This document shows, one piece after another, positions 40,342-52,748 of a DNA stretch of 64,000 nucleotides. The notes below the pieces were generated by a model. That model was not told the origin of the DNA. It did not search any database and saw only the letters and a list, made by a program, of their open reading frames with translations. Origin of the DNA: Eledone cirrhosa (Eukaryota); contig OZ024743.1 of assembly GCA_964016885.1 (NCBI GenBank), positions 224,068,001 through 224,132,000 on the forward strand, read 5' to 3'. A program made the translations under genes and the position numbers. Position 1 is the stretch's first letter; the number at the start of each line of letters is the position of its first letter.

Positions 40342-42144
40342 ATTATCTACAAACACACACATAAACAGACACATAGATAAACACTCATGTATGTATGTAT
40401 ATATGTATGTGTGTGTGTATGTATGTGTGGATGTATGTGTGGATGTGTGCATGAGTGTATGTATGTGTGTATGTATGTATGTGAGTGAGTGAGTTTGTGT
40501 GTGTGTATGTATGTGTGGATGTATGTGTGGATGTGTGCATGAGTGTATGTATGTGTGTATGTATGTATGTGAGTGAGTGAGTTTGTGTGTGTGTGTGTGT
40601 ATGTGTCGTATGTATGAGTGTCACTAAGTGAGTTTTTTTTTTCATGCGCGGGGACATAGAAATAATCGGGCTGGATATCCGATCGCGCAGTTAAACCACT
40701 GGGAGTGAAGGACCCCTAGCCCTTGTCAGGGTATTCTTCTAGGAGAAGGCCTCTCAGGAAACTGGGTTAACTCCTACATAAAACCTGCGGGTCAGTAGTT
40801 ACCGATGATGTTGATCGTTTCTTCTTTTCGGGTTATAGCTACTGTCGCTCAGAGAGTGGGATTGGCTCAATGCAGTCTTTCCTCATTTTAAAAATATTCT
40901 TCACGCACAGGCATTTAACGATTGCAACGGCCATGCTCGATAACGAGGGGGCAGTCATCATGTATGTATGTATGTATGAATGTATGTTTGTATGTGTGTA
41001 CTCTCTCTTAATTTTATTTTAGACCGATTTTCTTCCCGGTAGCAAGGTCGTGAAAAAAGGAAAAGTCACCGTTTCTTATATAAGCGTTCACCCTTTGAAT
41101 CATAAGAATGTTTTATAGATTTGAAGATCCAGATATTGCGGCCACTTGTAGTTTATCAATTGAGGAACAACGTTCTTTCTCCACAAATCCAAGCTCGGCT
41201 ATACTTTGGTCCAAACAGGTTGGTATATAACATGAAGTACATTTTAATGCTGTTATTAATAAAGTTAGGAAAATACAACCAAGAATGAAACTCCAGTTGC
41301 ATTTCTTATTATTATTCTAAATTAACCTATTGGGAAAATGAAATATAAATGTTCTTCTGTGGATATTTTGGTAATTCAAAGGAATCTTTGTGAGTGTTGC
41401 TGTGGCAGCAACAGTAAAGAGTTGGATTAATTACTTTGCCGCATTTACTTGCATCATACAGTCAGATTCTTCCCAGATCGGCTTGCCTTTCATCTTTCCG
41501 ATACAAGTCAAACATCGTTTTCAAATATGTCGACTATATCCATTATCCTCATCATAAAACTCTAATGTCATTCCCAATGGCATTAAGGAAATAACGTTTT
41601 ATTTCCCATCCGATAAAAAATAAAATATTGATCTTTGTCTAAACCAATATATATGATATCGGGTTGGTCTGCGGTTGATATGGTATTAAGTGTATTACAC
41701 AGTTTCATTATAAAGAGTGGGCGAAGGGAAATAACCCAAGTGAACCAATGGTGGGAATTTAGATGATTTATGCACCGAATTACGTGCGCAAAAAATTCTC
41801 AATGTCATAAATTTTCTTTTTCGTTGGTGAAAGAAAGAATACTAAAACTTAGCGGCAATTGTTAATTGCTCTCCAAGCAAAAGGGAATAATTTCATGATA
41901 TTAAGTATGAATTTCACAGAAAAAATATTTTCCATTCCTAGAGGAAAAAATCTGAAGTTTATTAACATTCACAGTAATAACTGCAGGCCAGTTTCGTTCC
42001 CCAACCCTCAAAATTGTTGGCTTTGTGTCTAAATCAGAAATCATTATTATTGCTATTATGATTTGAAACTTCCTTTGAGTTCTGCTTCTTTCGAAATCAG
42101 GCCGAGTGTCAATCTGGCACCTGAGACAAAATCTGATAATACAC

Positions 42145-42372
42145 ACATTTTACAATCAATTGTCACACAAATGATACCACAAGGGCACAAACAACAGTAA
42201 ATGTCCTTGCAAAATGTTTAAGTTGATACTGCCCTTCTTAGGACAAGGGCAGAACTAGTCAGCACTATTTTCTGTATCTTTTGCAGCGATAGCTTTCCAG
42301 GTATCCGGTCCAAATATTTTTCAGTAACCTTTTTTATCATTCCAAGTACTCCGACTATCACTGGTATTGTGA
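42145..42372 (-). pseudogene. R4/Dong RLE 3'-end remnant
   Basis: TIPVIVGVLGMIKK..YLDRIPG..IQKIVL..LVLRR, similar to 49520-49732. Confidence 0.7.
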
Positions 42373-42939
42373 AACATATACATATTCACCAGGTCCGAAC
42401 TATAAAAAAAAAACTCCCACTGTCACTGCCTCCTTCCCTCCAGCTCTCCCCATCTCTCACTATTATAAGCAAATGAGGACCCTCGCGCTGGCCACCCCAC
42501 GTAGTAATGGGCTTAGTGTGATTGATTTTAAGGCAATGCTCCAACATGGTCGCAGACTAATAATCGAAACCAATAAACGAGTTAAAACGGTAAATGGACG
42601 TGTCCGAACTACCAATTTGACTTCTGATAACTTATCAACAAGAAAAAATGTATATTTGTTCTTGAGTTAATAAACTCAGAATAGAACATTAACACCTAAA
42701 CCTACACTGGAGGTTTTTAAGTCTACAGTTATTTGTTAGATCGTTACTTTAACCTTATATTACTATTTTACAATTCTTTCACGTAATTGTATTTTTCTAT
42801 ACATCCATCACTAAGTCTGTCTACCTATATATCTCCCATTACCAATCTCCTTTCTCCCCTCATCCCATTCTCTCTGCTGTGTCCTTTATCTATCTATCTA
42901 TTTATCAAAAAGCAACGATGAAAGCTAACCGCAAGTAGC

Positions 42940-44075
42940 ACCTAACCACAGATAAAGAAGAAAGTAAGAAGTGCGTACGTGTCTTACACCGTGAAGACCA
43001 AAGGCGAGATGTATTCCGGATTGCAAGGTAGTGTGCTAGCAAAAATAAAGATGTTGCTGGGGAGAAGGGTATTTGTAATGAAAGTGGCGCAGTTGTCCTC
43101 ACCAATGCTGAAACAAAGCGTGGAATGCTATTATGATTGTCGAATAAAGAAAATACATGGGAGTGGGAGGGCTACCCCATGTAGACCCAACTGAGGGATC
43201 GGCCAGTCATGTTAGCAGCATTATAGTAGGTAAGGTAATCAATGATATGAAGACGGACAAAGTAGATAGACCGTCAGGGCAAGTTGCCGAGATGCTGAAA
43301 GTATCGGGGATGGTGGGACACACGCTTGTCACACAGATAGTAAATCAAGTATTACCGTATGAAATCATACCCAATGTAGTTGCAGCTGGTACGCCAGTCA
43401 TTGGGTATGACTCTATCCTGCAATACCTGGTTTACTATCTGTGTAACAAACATGTGGCCCACCATCTCATGTTTTCAGCATCTGAAATGGAGATGCACTT
43501 GACAAACAAAACTATAGATGCATTAAGTTAATGAACCAGGTCAGGATCTAAAGGAGTAACACCAGAATTAATTAGAGATAGAATTAACGTGGATGACAGC
43601 AGTTCGACGTTGTCTCTCGGAGGAGTACAGCTAATGTCATCTTTCTCGTGAGACAGCTGCTATAGAAGTACTTAGCTAAGAGTAAGCCACTCTACCTAAC
43701 AATCGTTGACCTGGAGAAAGCTTTCGACAAGGTACCCTGCTCGGTATCCTGGAAGACTCTTAGAAAACTAAGGGTTAAAGTGGTTTGTGAGGGCCGTATA
43801 GGCTATATACAAAGATGCAGTCAGCAACGTTACAGTTAAGAAGTAATACAATGATGAATTTACTGTGCAAATAGGGGTTCACTAAGGCTCATTCCTCAGC
43901 TCTCTTCTGTTTATTATAGTCACCCAGGCCATAACAGAGAATTGAAATGGTGACTGTTAGTGGGAGTTCCTATATGCGGATGGCCCGATTTTGATAGCTG
44001 AATCCATGGCAGAGTTAGAAAAGAAATTCCAGATATGGAAGCAAAACCTAGAATCGAAAAGACTAAAGTTCTATA
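42940..44075 (+). pseudogene. RTE-clade LINE RT remnant
   Basis: PSGQVAEMLK, DLEKAFDKVP, GVH*GS.LS.LLFII, LYAD..IAES..LEKKFQIWKQNLE. Confidence 0.75.
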
Positions 44076-44452
44076 ATAAAGAAGACAAAGCACTGATCCC
44101 GTGCCCCAGAAAATGCCCTTTGCTAAAAAAAGGATTCCACATGACCAGCTCAAACTCAGTGCGTCATTGCAAAAGAAGAAAATCATTAGCATTCATCTTG
44201 CCCATGTCGTGACGAACTAAAACAATCCTGATGTAGTCGTCCATTCCCGCAACGACGTTATATAAGCCTTAGGCTGCCTACATGTAGATTACCAACTGTA
44301 TACCTCCAACTCGTTAGGTCTATATTTGTCACTGCTTCCCCATATCCACACAAGTTTGAAGAGTTAACTGCACAAGGAGATCAAAGTAGCATGTGCTTAT
44401 GCAACTCACATGCTGTTCTCTAAGTATAAACGACATTAATCATATATTTTGA

Positions 44453-44600
<148 letters not shown>

Positions 44601-44619
44601 GTATATATATATATGTATG

Positions 44620-44732
<113 letters not shown>

Positions 44733-44836
44733 TGTCAAAATATATGCTATGCATGCATGCATGCATGCATACATACGTGTATGCATATATATAGATGTAT
44801 AGATATATATAGATATATACATATATACATATATAT

Positions 44837-45338
44837 AGAATTAATAACAGAACACACTCACTGTTTGGTTGGTTTTCGCTTTTCGCTTCTGTGTCTTTTA
44901 TATCGGTAATCTAATTTATTCGGTCCTCAATGTTGCCATTGACTGACCAACGGTCAAAAATAATACAGATACAATATAGACACAAACACATATATATAGT
45001 TTATCAAAGTTCTTTCGTTGCACATCTGCAACATCGTCAGTGGTACTATTGTTTCCTCCCGTTGCATTGTATTTTCTACGCCATCTTTTTCTGGCGTAGA
45101 AAATACAATGCAACGGGAGGAAACAATAGCACCACTGACGATATTGCAGATGTGCAACGAAAGAACTTTGATAAACTATATATATGTGTTTGTGTCTATA
45201 TTGTATCTGTATTATTTTTGACCGTTGGTCAGTCAATGGCAACATTGAGGACCGAATAAATTAGATTACCGATATAAAAGACACAGAAGCGAAAAGCGAA
45301 AACCAACCAAACAGTGAGTGTGTTCTGTTATTAATTCT
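44837..45338. repeat. 502-bp palindrome (247-bp arms, 8-nt spacer)
   Basis: Mirror-image ORFs 44916-45245 (-) and 44930-45259 (+); about two mismatches between the arms. Confidence 0.97.
45131..45172 (+). ncRNA. Minimal hammerhead motif (mirror copy 45003-45044 on minus)
   Basis: acca-CTGACGA-t-(g/a)ttgca/gatg/tgcaac-GAAAG-aa-CTT-tgat; same GAAAGAACTTTGA tail as 2208-2220. Confidence 0.7.
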
Positions 45339-45369
45339 GGCAATATTATACATATATAGAGATATATAC

Positions 45370-45462
<93 letters not shown>

Positions 45463-45650
45463 GTGTCAAAATATAATGATAAATGCAATTTATATAAGTA
45501 ATCTTAGTAAATATATTCCACAATCAGAAAAAAAAAATACTGAATCGATTAATCACATGTATAATCTGTACAGTAAATGGAATTAAACTTAAAGTAAACA
45601 AATCCGAGATGTTGAATGAATGCAGGTACACTGAACAGATAAATAATAAT

Positions 45651-45870
45651 TGTTTCTACTTTATAGAAAGACCAAGCAATTACCCAGTGTATTACTGGTA
45701 GGCCAGCAATTAGTCAGTGTATTACTGGTACTTTATTTTATCGACCCCATAAGGATGAAAGGCAAAGTTAACCTCGGCGGGATTTGAACTCAGAATGGCA
45801 AGGGCCGTAACTCTATGCGTCAAAGCATGGTGTCCGACCCTCTACCGATACTGCCAATCCACCGCCAGTG
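45651..45870 (-). mobile_element. SINE with 13-bp TSD and internal 3' duplication
   Basis: TSD gataaataataat at 45638-45650 and 45871-45883. Confidence 0.9.
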
Positions 45871-46037
45871 GATAAATAATAATGGATAGTACAGATAAAT
45901 AATAATAGATAGTAAATCAAGATGAAGTAATGTAGACACTTTATTTGTCTTACAAGTGTTTCAACAAGAAAGAGATAAAAAAAAAGGAAACGTTGAAAGA
46001 CCTGTCTGGGCTTCAATATTAATAGTCGATTGGCAAG

Positions 46038-46225
46038 GGCAGTGGATTGGCAGAATTGGTAGAGCGTCGGACAACATGCTTTATGGCGATCTGAGTTCAA
46101 ATACCGCCGACGTTAGCTTTGCCTTTCATCCTTACAAGGTCGATAAAATAAAGTACCAGTAACGTACTGGGGTCGATTTAAAGGACGTTCCTTTTGACCA
46201 AAAATTGTTGGCCTTGTGCCTAAAT
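46038..46225 (+). mobile_element. Older SINE subfamily copy
   Basis: Same head, core and ggccttgtgcc tail with an extra internal segment. Confidence 0.8.
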
Positions 46226-46525
46226 AGCTATGTGGCTACATATTACAATCTTAACAATAACTCGAGGAATTTGCCATTAACCATTAATTTCACTCAATCG
46301 TGTATCTTCAGGACTTCATAGAATAATGTAAAATATAGGGAAATAAGCAATTTCAGGAAATCATCCACACATCACAACCATTTCATGACGAGTGGAAAAT
46401 AACGTACAGAGATTAGCTGAAAAATAACTATATCTAATCCAAAACTATTGAATAAAACAAACGAGAGGTACTTATTTATTGCGCGCACAATTTCTTCTTT
46501 CCTTCTGTAGAATGGTCTATGATTC

Positions 46526-46640
<115 letters not shown>

Positions 46641-46816
46641 TGGAATTCGCAAGATGGCGCTAGCCGTCAGATTTTCAATATTCATAACTAGAAGGCTTTC
46701 CAAATGTTTATCCGTAAACATACCGTATATGAGATTCACATACTTATATGTATACAGCTATGTCAGAGTGAACATTTCAATATATACATACATACATACA
46801 TACATACATACATACA

Positions 46817-46849
<33 letters not shown>

Positions 46850-46853
46850 GTGT

Positions 46854-46919
<66 letters not shown>

Positions 46920-46966
46920 CCGGGTTAAATCGGGGGGTAACCACAGTAAGTAAAGTACTCAATATG

Positions 46967-47018
46967 GGCTTTCCTGATGATTTCCTCCGAATGAAACAGT
47001 TCTAGTCCTGTAGAAGCC
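46967..47018 (+). ncRNA. Type I hammerhead motif
   Basis: ggctttc-CTGATGA-t-ttc/ctcc/gaa-t-GAAAC-ag..ct-GTA-gaagcc. Confidence 0.65.
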
Positions 47019-47031
47019 ATTTCTATATTAA

Positions 47032-47163
<132 letters not shown>

Positions 47164-47184
47164 TTTAAAAAAATGACAACTGCA

Positions 47185-47612
47185 GAGATAAAAAAAACAC
47201 AATTACATTTATTAGTTTCACGCTTTGAAGGGAAGAGAGAAAAGGTTTGACATATCGGACATTAGTCCTTCATCAGCAGGACTAGAGTCACGTGAGAGTT
47301 GAGAAAAGGGACAAAAATGGGATGAGAGGAGGATGATAAAAGCGGAAAGAAAGTCGCGGAAGATTGGCGGGGTCACCAGTTTTAAAAATCTAGTGTGTCG
47401 AGGTCTAGGTGATCAGCTGGTGTTACGTGGCTGGTCAGAATGGTAGAAGGTCGCAGTCCCAATCTGCCAGGTAGATTTTTCAGGTCCGAAATACATGGAA
47501 TGTAAAAGATGACGAACACAGAGATACAAAAACAATTAGTCTTATTAGTTTCACGCTTCAGAAGAAAGAAAGAAAAGGGTTCGGCGTATTGGACGTTAGT
47601 CCTTTATCAATG
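47185..47612 (-). mobile_element. Decayed PLE pseudo-LTR pair with degenerate hammerheads
   Basis: Diverged direct repeats 47185-47280 and 47520-47612; sense CTGATGA-a-ggac/taat/gtcc-GATA. Confidence 0.55.
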
Positions 47613-48247
47613 AGATGTATATATAATTTGTATGTAAATTAGCGTGCAAGTTTTGCAAACATTTAAGTCTTTTCTAAAAGCTTCCCAATTAAACTCTGAA
47701 CATGCAAAAAAAAAAAATTTAATTGTTTGCGTGCAAATGTGATTTTGTACAGCAAGAATCTCTTTTAACTATTTATCATTTTGTGTACATGTGTATGTGG
47801 GTGTGGCGAGTTTAATTTTTTGTGCGTGGATAGGTACAGATAGGAATAGGTTCATGGAGGATTTGGCAGGTCTAGTAAGAGGGTATCTTGTGGTGTGGGT
47901 TTCCAGTTGGACAGGAGATGGCCCTTCTACTGTAAACAATGTCTAGAAATTTCAGTCTTAGAGTTTAGGTATTTGTTGGGTAAGAATAACACTGGTAAAA
48001 TCTTAAATTTTTCACAGAGGCAAAGCGAACATCTCTTCGTTCCATTTGTGTCTAGCGGAGACTTGCCTCCCTTGTTCATGAAACGGGATCCTCTACTGTA
48101 TTAAAACCACATTTAGTGGACTAACATTCCTGGCACCCGATGAGAGGCCTGTATTGAAATGGGTCTTCCACAAGAGTGGTAGCTATAACTGGACCCCGAA
48201 ACCTAAGATCGCGCATATATGTTGAGTGTATGAAATTTTGAATTATA

Positions 48248-48268
48248 CTATAATAATAATAATAATAA

Positions 48269-48299
<31 letters not shown>

Positions 48300-48520
48300 A
48301 AGAAGAAGAAGAAGAAGAAGAAGAAGAAGAAGAAGAAGAAGAAGAAGAAGAAGAAGAAGAAGAAGAAGAAGAAGAAGAAGAAGAAGAAGAAGAAGAAGAA
48401 GAAGAAGAAGAAGAAGAAGAAGAAGAAGAAGAAGAAGAAGAAGAAGAAGAAGAAGAAGAAGAAGAAGAAGAAGAAGAAGAAGAAGAAGAAGAAGAAGAAG
48501 AAGAAGAAGAAGAAGAAGAA
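48248..48520. repeat. (AAT)n(AAG)n microsatellite
   Basis: Direct reading. Confidence 0.98.
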
Positions 48521-49875
48521 CGGAATTGAATGCAAGGAATAGGATCGATGCCATAAAAACGCTTGCCATACCAGTAGTAACCTACAGTTACAATGTCATC
48601 AACTGGTCAAGCACAGAGATCCGTAGGCTCGATACAAAAATTCGAAAATTCTTAACCATGCACAGATATAGATAGAATATATCTCCTAGGAAAGAAGGAG
48701 GACGTGGGTTAATCCAGTTAGACATTGCGTTGAAAACTGCAACAATTGGATTATCTACATATCTAAGGGAATCACATGATTGGATGATCAAACTCGTTTT
48801 GAAACACGAAAGCATCAAAAGATCATATTCCATTACAAAAGATGCACAAAGATACAGTAATGGACTACAAATTTCAGAAGTCCCATTTACTGCTGAAATG
48901 GAAAACACAGAAAAAGCAAAGCAGGTAAAAGTAACTGCAAAGAAAGAACTGCTACAGAAACTGGCTAAGAAATGGCAAGAAAAGCCTCTGTATGGAAAAT
49001 ACCCAGAGCGAGCTAACAATCCTGATGTTGACAAAATTTTAACCCATCAGTGGTTGGCATCCTCTGGACTGAAATCGGAGACTGAAGGACTGATTATATC
49101 GGCACAAGATCAGTGTCTGCCAACAAAAAATTACCAAGCCAACATAATAAAAAATGGGTGCAACCCATTATGCCGTGTATGCAAAAAACAACCAGAGACC
49201 ATTGACCATATAATTTCAATGTGCAGTCCTATAGCTCCAACCGAATACCTAAACAGGCATGACAGAGCTGCACAATACATACATTGGATAATGTGTAAGC
49301 ATTTTGACCTGCCCCATCAAAAGAATTGGTGGGAGCATCAACCACCTCCCATACTTGAAAAAGATCACATCTCAATCTTGTGGAACTTTAGCATCCAAAC
49401 AGACCGAAAAATAGATGCAAACAGACCTGATATAATATTGAAAGACTTTCAAAAGAGGGTATGCCTGCTAATTGATATGTCTGTTCCAATAGAATGTATC
49501 TATAAAAACATTTGAAAAATTGAGCAAGTATAAGGACCTGGAGATAGAAATTGGAAAAATGTGGAAATTGAGAACTAAAACAATACCAGTGGTTGTAGGC
49601 GCTCTGGGAATGATACCTAAGGGGGCTAATGATTACTTATCGCAAATCCCAGGAAACCCGCGTATAGGAGAAATACAAAAGATAGTACTAATGGGAACTG
49701 CCCATATACTAAGGAAGATTCTGTCAATATAAGTACATCACAAGTCTAAACACTAAAGATGCATGTTTGAATATGTATGTTCTTTCTTGAACATGGCGGA
49801 CCTTGTTGTCTCTTGAGGTCACTGGTTGTGACTTGGTGATAACTCGTATGAACATAAAGCAAGATAAATGCAACT

Positions 49876-49877
<2 letters not shown>
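48521..49877 (+). mobile_element. 5'-truncated R4/Dong-type RLE LINE ending in (TAA)n
   Basis: EGGRGL, LKSETEGLIISAQDQCL, CRVC..ETIDHI..C (CCHC), RHD, NRPDII..LID (RLE), IPVVVGALG. Confidence 0.92.
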
Positions 49878-49907
<30 letters not shown>

Positions 49908-50086
49908 TGTTTCTACTTTAGGCACAAGGCCAGCAATTACCCAGTGCATAACTAGTACTTTATTTTATCGACCCCGTAAGGATGAAAGGCAAAGTAAACC
50001 TCGGCGGGATTTGAACTCAGACTGTAAAGGGACGTAACTATGCTGGAAAGCATGGCGTCCGACTCTCTACCGATACTGCCAATCCC
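49908..50086 (-). mobile_element. SINE, tail-to-tail with the Dong-type LINE
   Basis: Reverse complement of the dominant SINE. Confidence 0.9.
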
Positions 50087-50112
50087 GCGTCCTTAATAAT
50101 AATAATAATAAT

Positions 50113-51124
50113 CTGAAGGTGGAAGAGGTCTTATCAGCATAGAGGACTGTGTTCAGATGGAGAAAAACAACCTACACAAATACGTTACTGATAGTAAGGA
50201 GCCAATGCTCAGAACTGTACTGAAGGAGGGGACAATAGGCCAGAGGATGTCCAAGGAGGAAATAACATCAAGGAGAAAGAGCAGCCTTCAGGAAAAATCC
50301 CTTCATAGTACCTTCTTTGAGAAAACTGAATTTAGAGATCCACAGACATGGAACTGGTTGAAAAGAGGAGACCTTAAAAAGGCTACAGAAGGAATGTTAA
50401 TGGCTGCGCAGGAGCAGGCCCTCAAAACGAAGTGGTTGAAACACCATATTTACAAGGCGGAGGCTAGCCCACTGTGCAGGATCTGTGGAGAGAGAGAGAG
50501 GAGACTGTGGCTCACATTGTATCCGAGTGTAAACACCTAGCCCAGACTCACTATAAGGGCTGGAGACATGATGTGATGGGCAGGGTGATCCACTGGCACC
50601 TATGCAAAGTAAACAATTTACCACATTCTGAGAAGTAGTATGAGCATAAGCCAGAGTCGGTGATAGAAAACGATCAGGTGAAGGTGCTGTGGGATTTTAG
50701 GATACAGACGGACAAGAAACTGGAACACAATAGACCTGACCTGGTGGTTGTAGACAAAGAAAAAAGATCGTGCCTGATTGTGGATGTGGCCTGCCCATTC
50801 GACACGAGAGTGCAAGAGAAGGAGAGGGAGAAAATTAACCGATACCAGGACTTAAAGTGGGAGGTAAAAAGGATTTGGAACTGCCATGAAGTCAAAGTGA
50901 TCCCGATTGTCATAGGCGCACTAGGGACTATCTCAAAAAGTTTCCAGGGATGGTTAAAGAAAATTGGCCCCTACACGCTTTTTGGAACGCTTCAAAAGGC
51001 ATGCTTGCTGGGAACAGCAATAACCCTCCGATACGTCCTGAATATCTGAGGCTGCAGGTAGTGGCTTGATATTCATTTCAACAAACTCTCCAGTTAACTA
51101 ACATCAATGACTGAGACTCAAAGA
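50113..51124 (+). mobile_element. Second R4/Dong-type family, 5'-truncated, (TAA)n on both sides
   Basis: WLKRGDLKKATEGMLMAAQEQAL, CRIC, WDFRIQTD..HNRPDLVV..VDVACPFD, IPIVIGALG. Confidence 0.9.
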
Positions 51125-51180
<56 letters not shown>

Positions 51181-51181
<1 letters not shown>

Positions 51182-51902
51182 CTTTCTTTATTAACCACAA
51201 GGGTTTACATAAAGTAGACATTAAGGACAGTACAGGACAATACAGGACGGTACAAATGGGCATTTCTGCGTGTAAAAAACAAGAAACAGAGGATGTAATA
51301 ATAGAACAATGAAAACATTCCCCAATAGGGGGGAGACTTCCGAGGGACATTCGTGGAGAAAGCCCATTAAAAAGCCACAGTGACTCTGACCACCAGGGCA
51401 AGTGCCTTCTCCCAGTTTTCCATCTTTAATTTACAGACACATACTCAGAGTAGTCCCATTCTTGCCTCTCTCACCCATCTTTCAACAAAATGCTGGGAAG
51501 AGAGCACTTCCCTTTCTACCCTGATTTTCCTTTTTAAATGAAATTTGAAAAAGTTAATCAGGGCATCACCGAAGAGGTAGGTGCTTGTCTTCAGCCCTTT
51601 CAAACGTGTCCACCATACTATCTCTTTCGCCATGGCCACCAGACAGATAAAAATTTCCTGCCCTTCCCGGCTAAAAGAAGAGGGCGGGGCAATCCTCACG
51701 ATGGACTCAGCTGATAGCTGGATCCGTCCTACACGTGACAGCAGGTGTTCGACATAAACCCACAAGTCAGCAATGCTCGGACATTAGACGAGTGCGTGCA
51801 GGACGGTTTCGTCGCCCTGCGCGCATCTCGGACATGCCCGGCTGACGGCACCTCCATGCCTGTAGAGTTTATCCCGAACTGGCAAAGCTCCTCGGTAGCA
51901 CT

Positions 51903-51903
<1 letters not shown>
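51181..51903 (-). mobile_element. 5'-truncated Tx1 (family A) 3' end, (AAT)n on both sides
   Basis: Highly similar to 30663-31400. Confidence 0.92.
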
Positions 51904-51952
<49 letters not shown>

Positions 51953-51954
<2 letters not shown>

Positions 51955-52473
51955 GATCACATCACAATCTTGTGGAACTTTAGCATCCAAACAGACCGAA
52001 AAATAGATGCAAACAGACCTGATATAATATTGAAAGACTTTCAAAAGAGGGTATGCCTGCTAATTTATATGTCTGTTCCAATAGACAAGAATGTATCTAT
52101 AAAAACATTTGAAAAATTGAGCAAGTATAAGGACCTGGAGATAGAAATTGGAAAAATGTGGAAATTGAGAACTAAAACAATACCAGTGGTTGTAGGGGCT
52201 CTGGGAATGATACCTAAGGGGTCTAATTATTACTTATCGCAAATCCCAGGAAACCCGCGTATAGGAGAAATACAAAAGATAGTACTAATGGGAACTGCCC
52301 ATATACTAAGGAAGATTCTGTCAATATAAGTACATCACAAGTCTAAACACTAAAGATGCATGTGTGAATATGTATGTTCTTTCTTGAACATGGCGGACCT
52401 TGTTGTCTCTTGAGGTCACAGGTTGTGACTTGGTGATAACTCGTATGAACATAAAGCAAGATAAATGCAACTG
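51953..52473 (+). mobile_element. Short 3' copy of the Dong-type family of 48521-49877
   Basis: RLE domain WNFSIQTD..RPDII plus the same 3' UTR; retains 5 nt missing from the 49490 copy. Confidence 0.92.
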
Positions 52474-52748
52474 TAATAATAATAATAATAATAATAATGA
52501 TTTCTTTATTAACCACAAGGGTTTACATAAAGTAGACATTAAGGACAGTGCAGGACAATACAGGGCGGTACAAATGGGCATTTCTGCGTGTAAAAAACAA
52601 AAACAGAGGATGTAACAAAAAATAACAATGAAAAATCCCCCAATTGGGGGGAGACTTCGGAGGGACATTTGTGGAGAAAGCCCAGTAAAAGGCCACAATG
52701 ACCCTGACCACCAAGGCAAGTGCCCTCTCCCAGTTTTCCACCTTTAAT

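Noticed and set aside
44916-45259. Pair of mirror-image 109-aa ORFs
   Set aside because: By-product of the palindrome, with no protein-like features
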